The position numbers and the translations under genes were made by a program. Below the pieces are notes generated by a model. The model had not been told where the DNA came from. It worked only from the letters and a program-made list of their open reading frames with translations, and searched no databases. Positions 36,882 through 38,563 of a stretch of DNA of 38,563 bases are shown piece by piece. Source of the DNA: Octopus bimaculoides (lineage: Eukaryota); NCBI RefSeq assembly GCF_001194135.2, contig NC_068984.1, positions 46,016,222-46,054,784 of the forward strand, written 5' to 3'. The first letter of the stretch is position 1, and each line of letters begins with the position of its first letter.

Positions 36882-37351
36882 TACACGCACACAAACGGAC
36901 TTACACACAAAAGCGAAAACGGGAAATTGCTAAATCTAGCAAGAAATGAATGTATTCTCTGGCAACAGGGACTAAATAATTGGGGGATTAATCTCTTCAG
37001 AGGAGCTGCTATTTATTGAGCTTCTTTTGCTTGTGTTAGTGTCTGTGCTTCTTTGCATGTCTGTGTTCAGGTGTACTTGCAGATGTGTTTATGTATTTGC
37101 GTGTATTCATTTGGTATTGTGATGTGTGTACCTCTTTAAGGCATTTGTTAATGTTTGTGTGTGTGTGTGTGTGTAGGTGCATTTTCGACTGAACAGTTTT
37201 GTATATGCGTATGTTTACCAGTGCTTATGAATGATTATGCTTATGATTGCGAGATTATGTAGTGTGTATGAATATGTAATTGTATGTGTCTATCCTTGTT
37301 AGTGTATATGTATATGAAAGTGTGAATATATATATATATATATAAGATTGA

Positions 37352-37557
37352 GTGTAACTAGCACGCCAGACAAAATGCTTAGTGGCAATTGCTCTGTTTT
37401 GACGTTCGGAATTCAAATTGCACTGCGATCGACTTTGCCTTTCATCCTTTCGGGTTCGATCAAATAAGTATCATTTGAGGATGTGGGGTCCATGTAATCC
37501 TCTAGCACTGTCCCATGAAATTTCGGGACTTCTGCCTACAGTAGAACGAATAATAAG
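37352..37557 (+). mobile_element. Family A SINE (diverged; third tail type)
   Basis: TAGCACGCCAGACAAAATGCTTAG...GAATTCAAATT...GCCTTTCATCCTTTCGGGTTCGATCAAATAAGTATC. Confidence 0.8.
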
Positions 37558-37567
37558 AAAGCTCTTG

Positions 37568-37673
37568 ATGACCTGGCCTTGTTTTCTTTGTATCGTCTAT
37601 CTGGATGTTTTGTTGTCCATTTCTTGTATCACCTGAGTGTCTGGATGTCTTGCGTTCTTGTCCCATTTTGTAT

Positions 37674-37740
<67 letters not shown>

Positions 37741-38373
37741 CAGCGTACGTACACTTGGTCTCTTATATGTAAGTATACATTTTTATAAATCTTGTACGAC
37801 TCTATTTCTGTCTATCAGCCTCTTCACCCTTATTCGTTCATTCCATTCTTCATTCATTCGTTCACCCTTGCTCATATTTCCTTGTCTTCTCTTCTTGCTC
37901 ACTTTTCACTTCACTGTGTCCCTGTCATTTTTCCTCGCCCCTCCTTAATTCTTTTGTCTCTCTGCCTCTACCTCTCTCTCTCTCTTCTCTTCCCACGTGA
38001 CTGGCGTTCAGCCAAGCCTGATCTTTCTTTTTTGGTCGGCCGTTGTGAGTGCAACATCGATATTCCTCCCTGTTCCTGTGAAATCTTGTATCTCTGTCGT
38101 AAGGCTTTATTTCTACACACGCCAGCTTAATTTAATTCATCCTTAGTCGAAAGATATCTGTTGTTATGTCCTGTTATTATTATTTTTTTATATTGTATTT
38201 GTTGCACTCACAACGGCCGACCAAAAGATAATCTGGATCTCGCCTGAGGAAAGAAAACTTCGAATGACCTGTCCTTGTTTTTTTTTTGTATCGTCTATCT
38301 GGATGTTTTGTTGTCCCTTTCTTGTATCACCTAACTGTCTGGATGATTTGCGTTCTTGTCCCATTTTGTATTA
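37568..38373 (+). mobile_element. Unclassified element: about 110-bp direct repeats bracketing a perfect 27-bp inverted repeat
   Basis: 37568-37675 resembles 38264-38373 (about 90%); 38030-38056 is the exact reverse complement of 38200-38226. Confidence 0.6.
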
Positions 38374-38563
38374 TTTATGTATAATATGAAGCTGAGTAGT
38401 GATCATAGAAACATCTGAACACGGAGTACTTTTACTATCTGTAAATTAAAACACACTCACGCACACATATAAATATATATAATACATACATATACATACA
38501 TACATACATACATATATATTTAGATGCATATACAAGCAAGCAGACACATATACACACAGACAC

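Noticed and set aside
38254-38274. CTGAGGA-AAG-AAAA-CTT-CGAAT as a hammerhead
   Set aside because: Lacks GAAA in register and has no stem I partner

Overview
Eukaryotic, AT-rich, apparently non-coding DNA (intron or intergenic) from a fragmented assembly with ten N gaps totalling about 4.4 kb. From recalled family resemblance it is probably an octopod cephalopod; this is inference, not a search result. No protein-coding gene can be supported: nearly all supplied ORFs are translations of microsatellites, SINEs or N runs. The window holds dense microsatellites, several tRNA-headed SINE families (here labelled A-D) plus an (AAC)n-tailed repeat (E), and one MITE with 25-bp terminal inverted repeats. 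The most interesting signal is a set of short non-coding elements anchored in (TA)n tracts that carry minimal type-I hammerhead ribozyme (HHR) motifs with palindromic stem III. The best example (1805-1876) has an intact catalytic core. It lies in an element with Penelope-like inverted plus direct terminal repeats, and the inversion tip maps about 5 nt from the predicted self-cleavage site. Further HHR-like motifs occur at 23015-23049 (-), 32476-32519 (-), 32944-32979 (+) and, weakly, 32816-32853 (+). All alignments and folds were done by eye.
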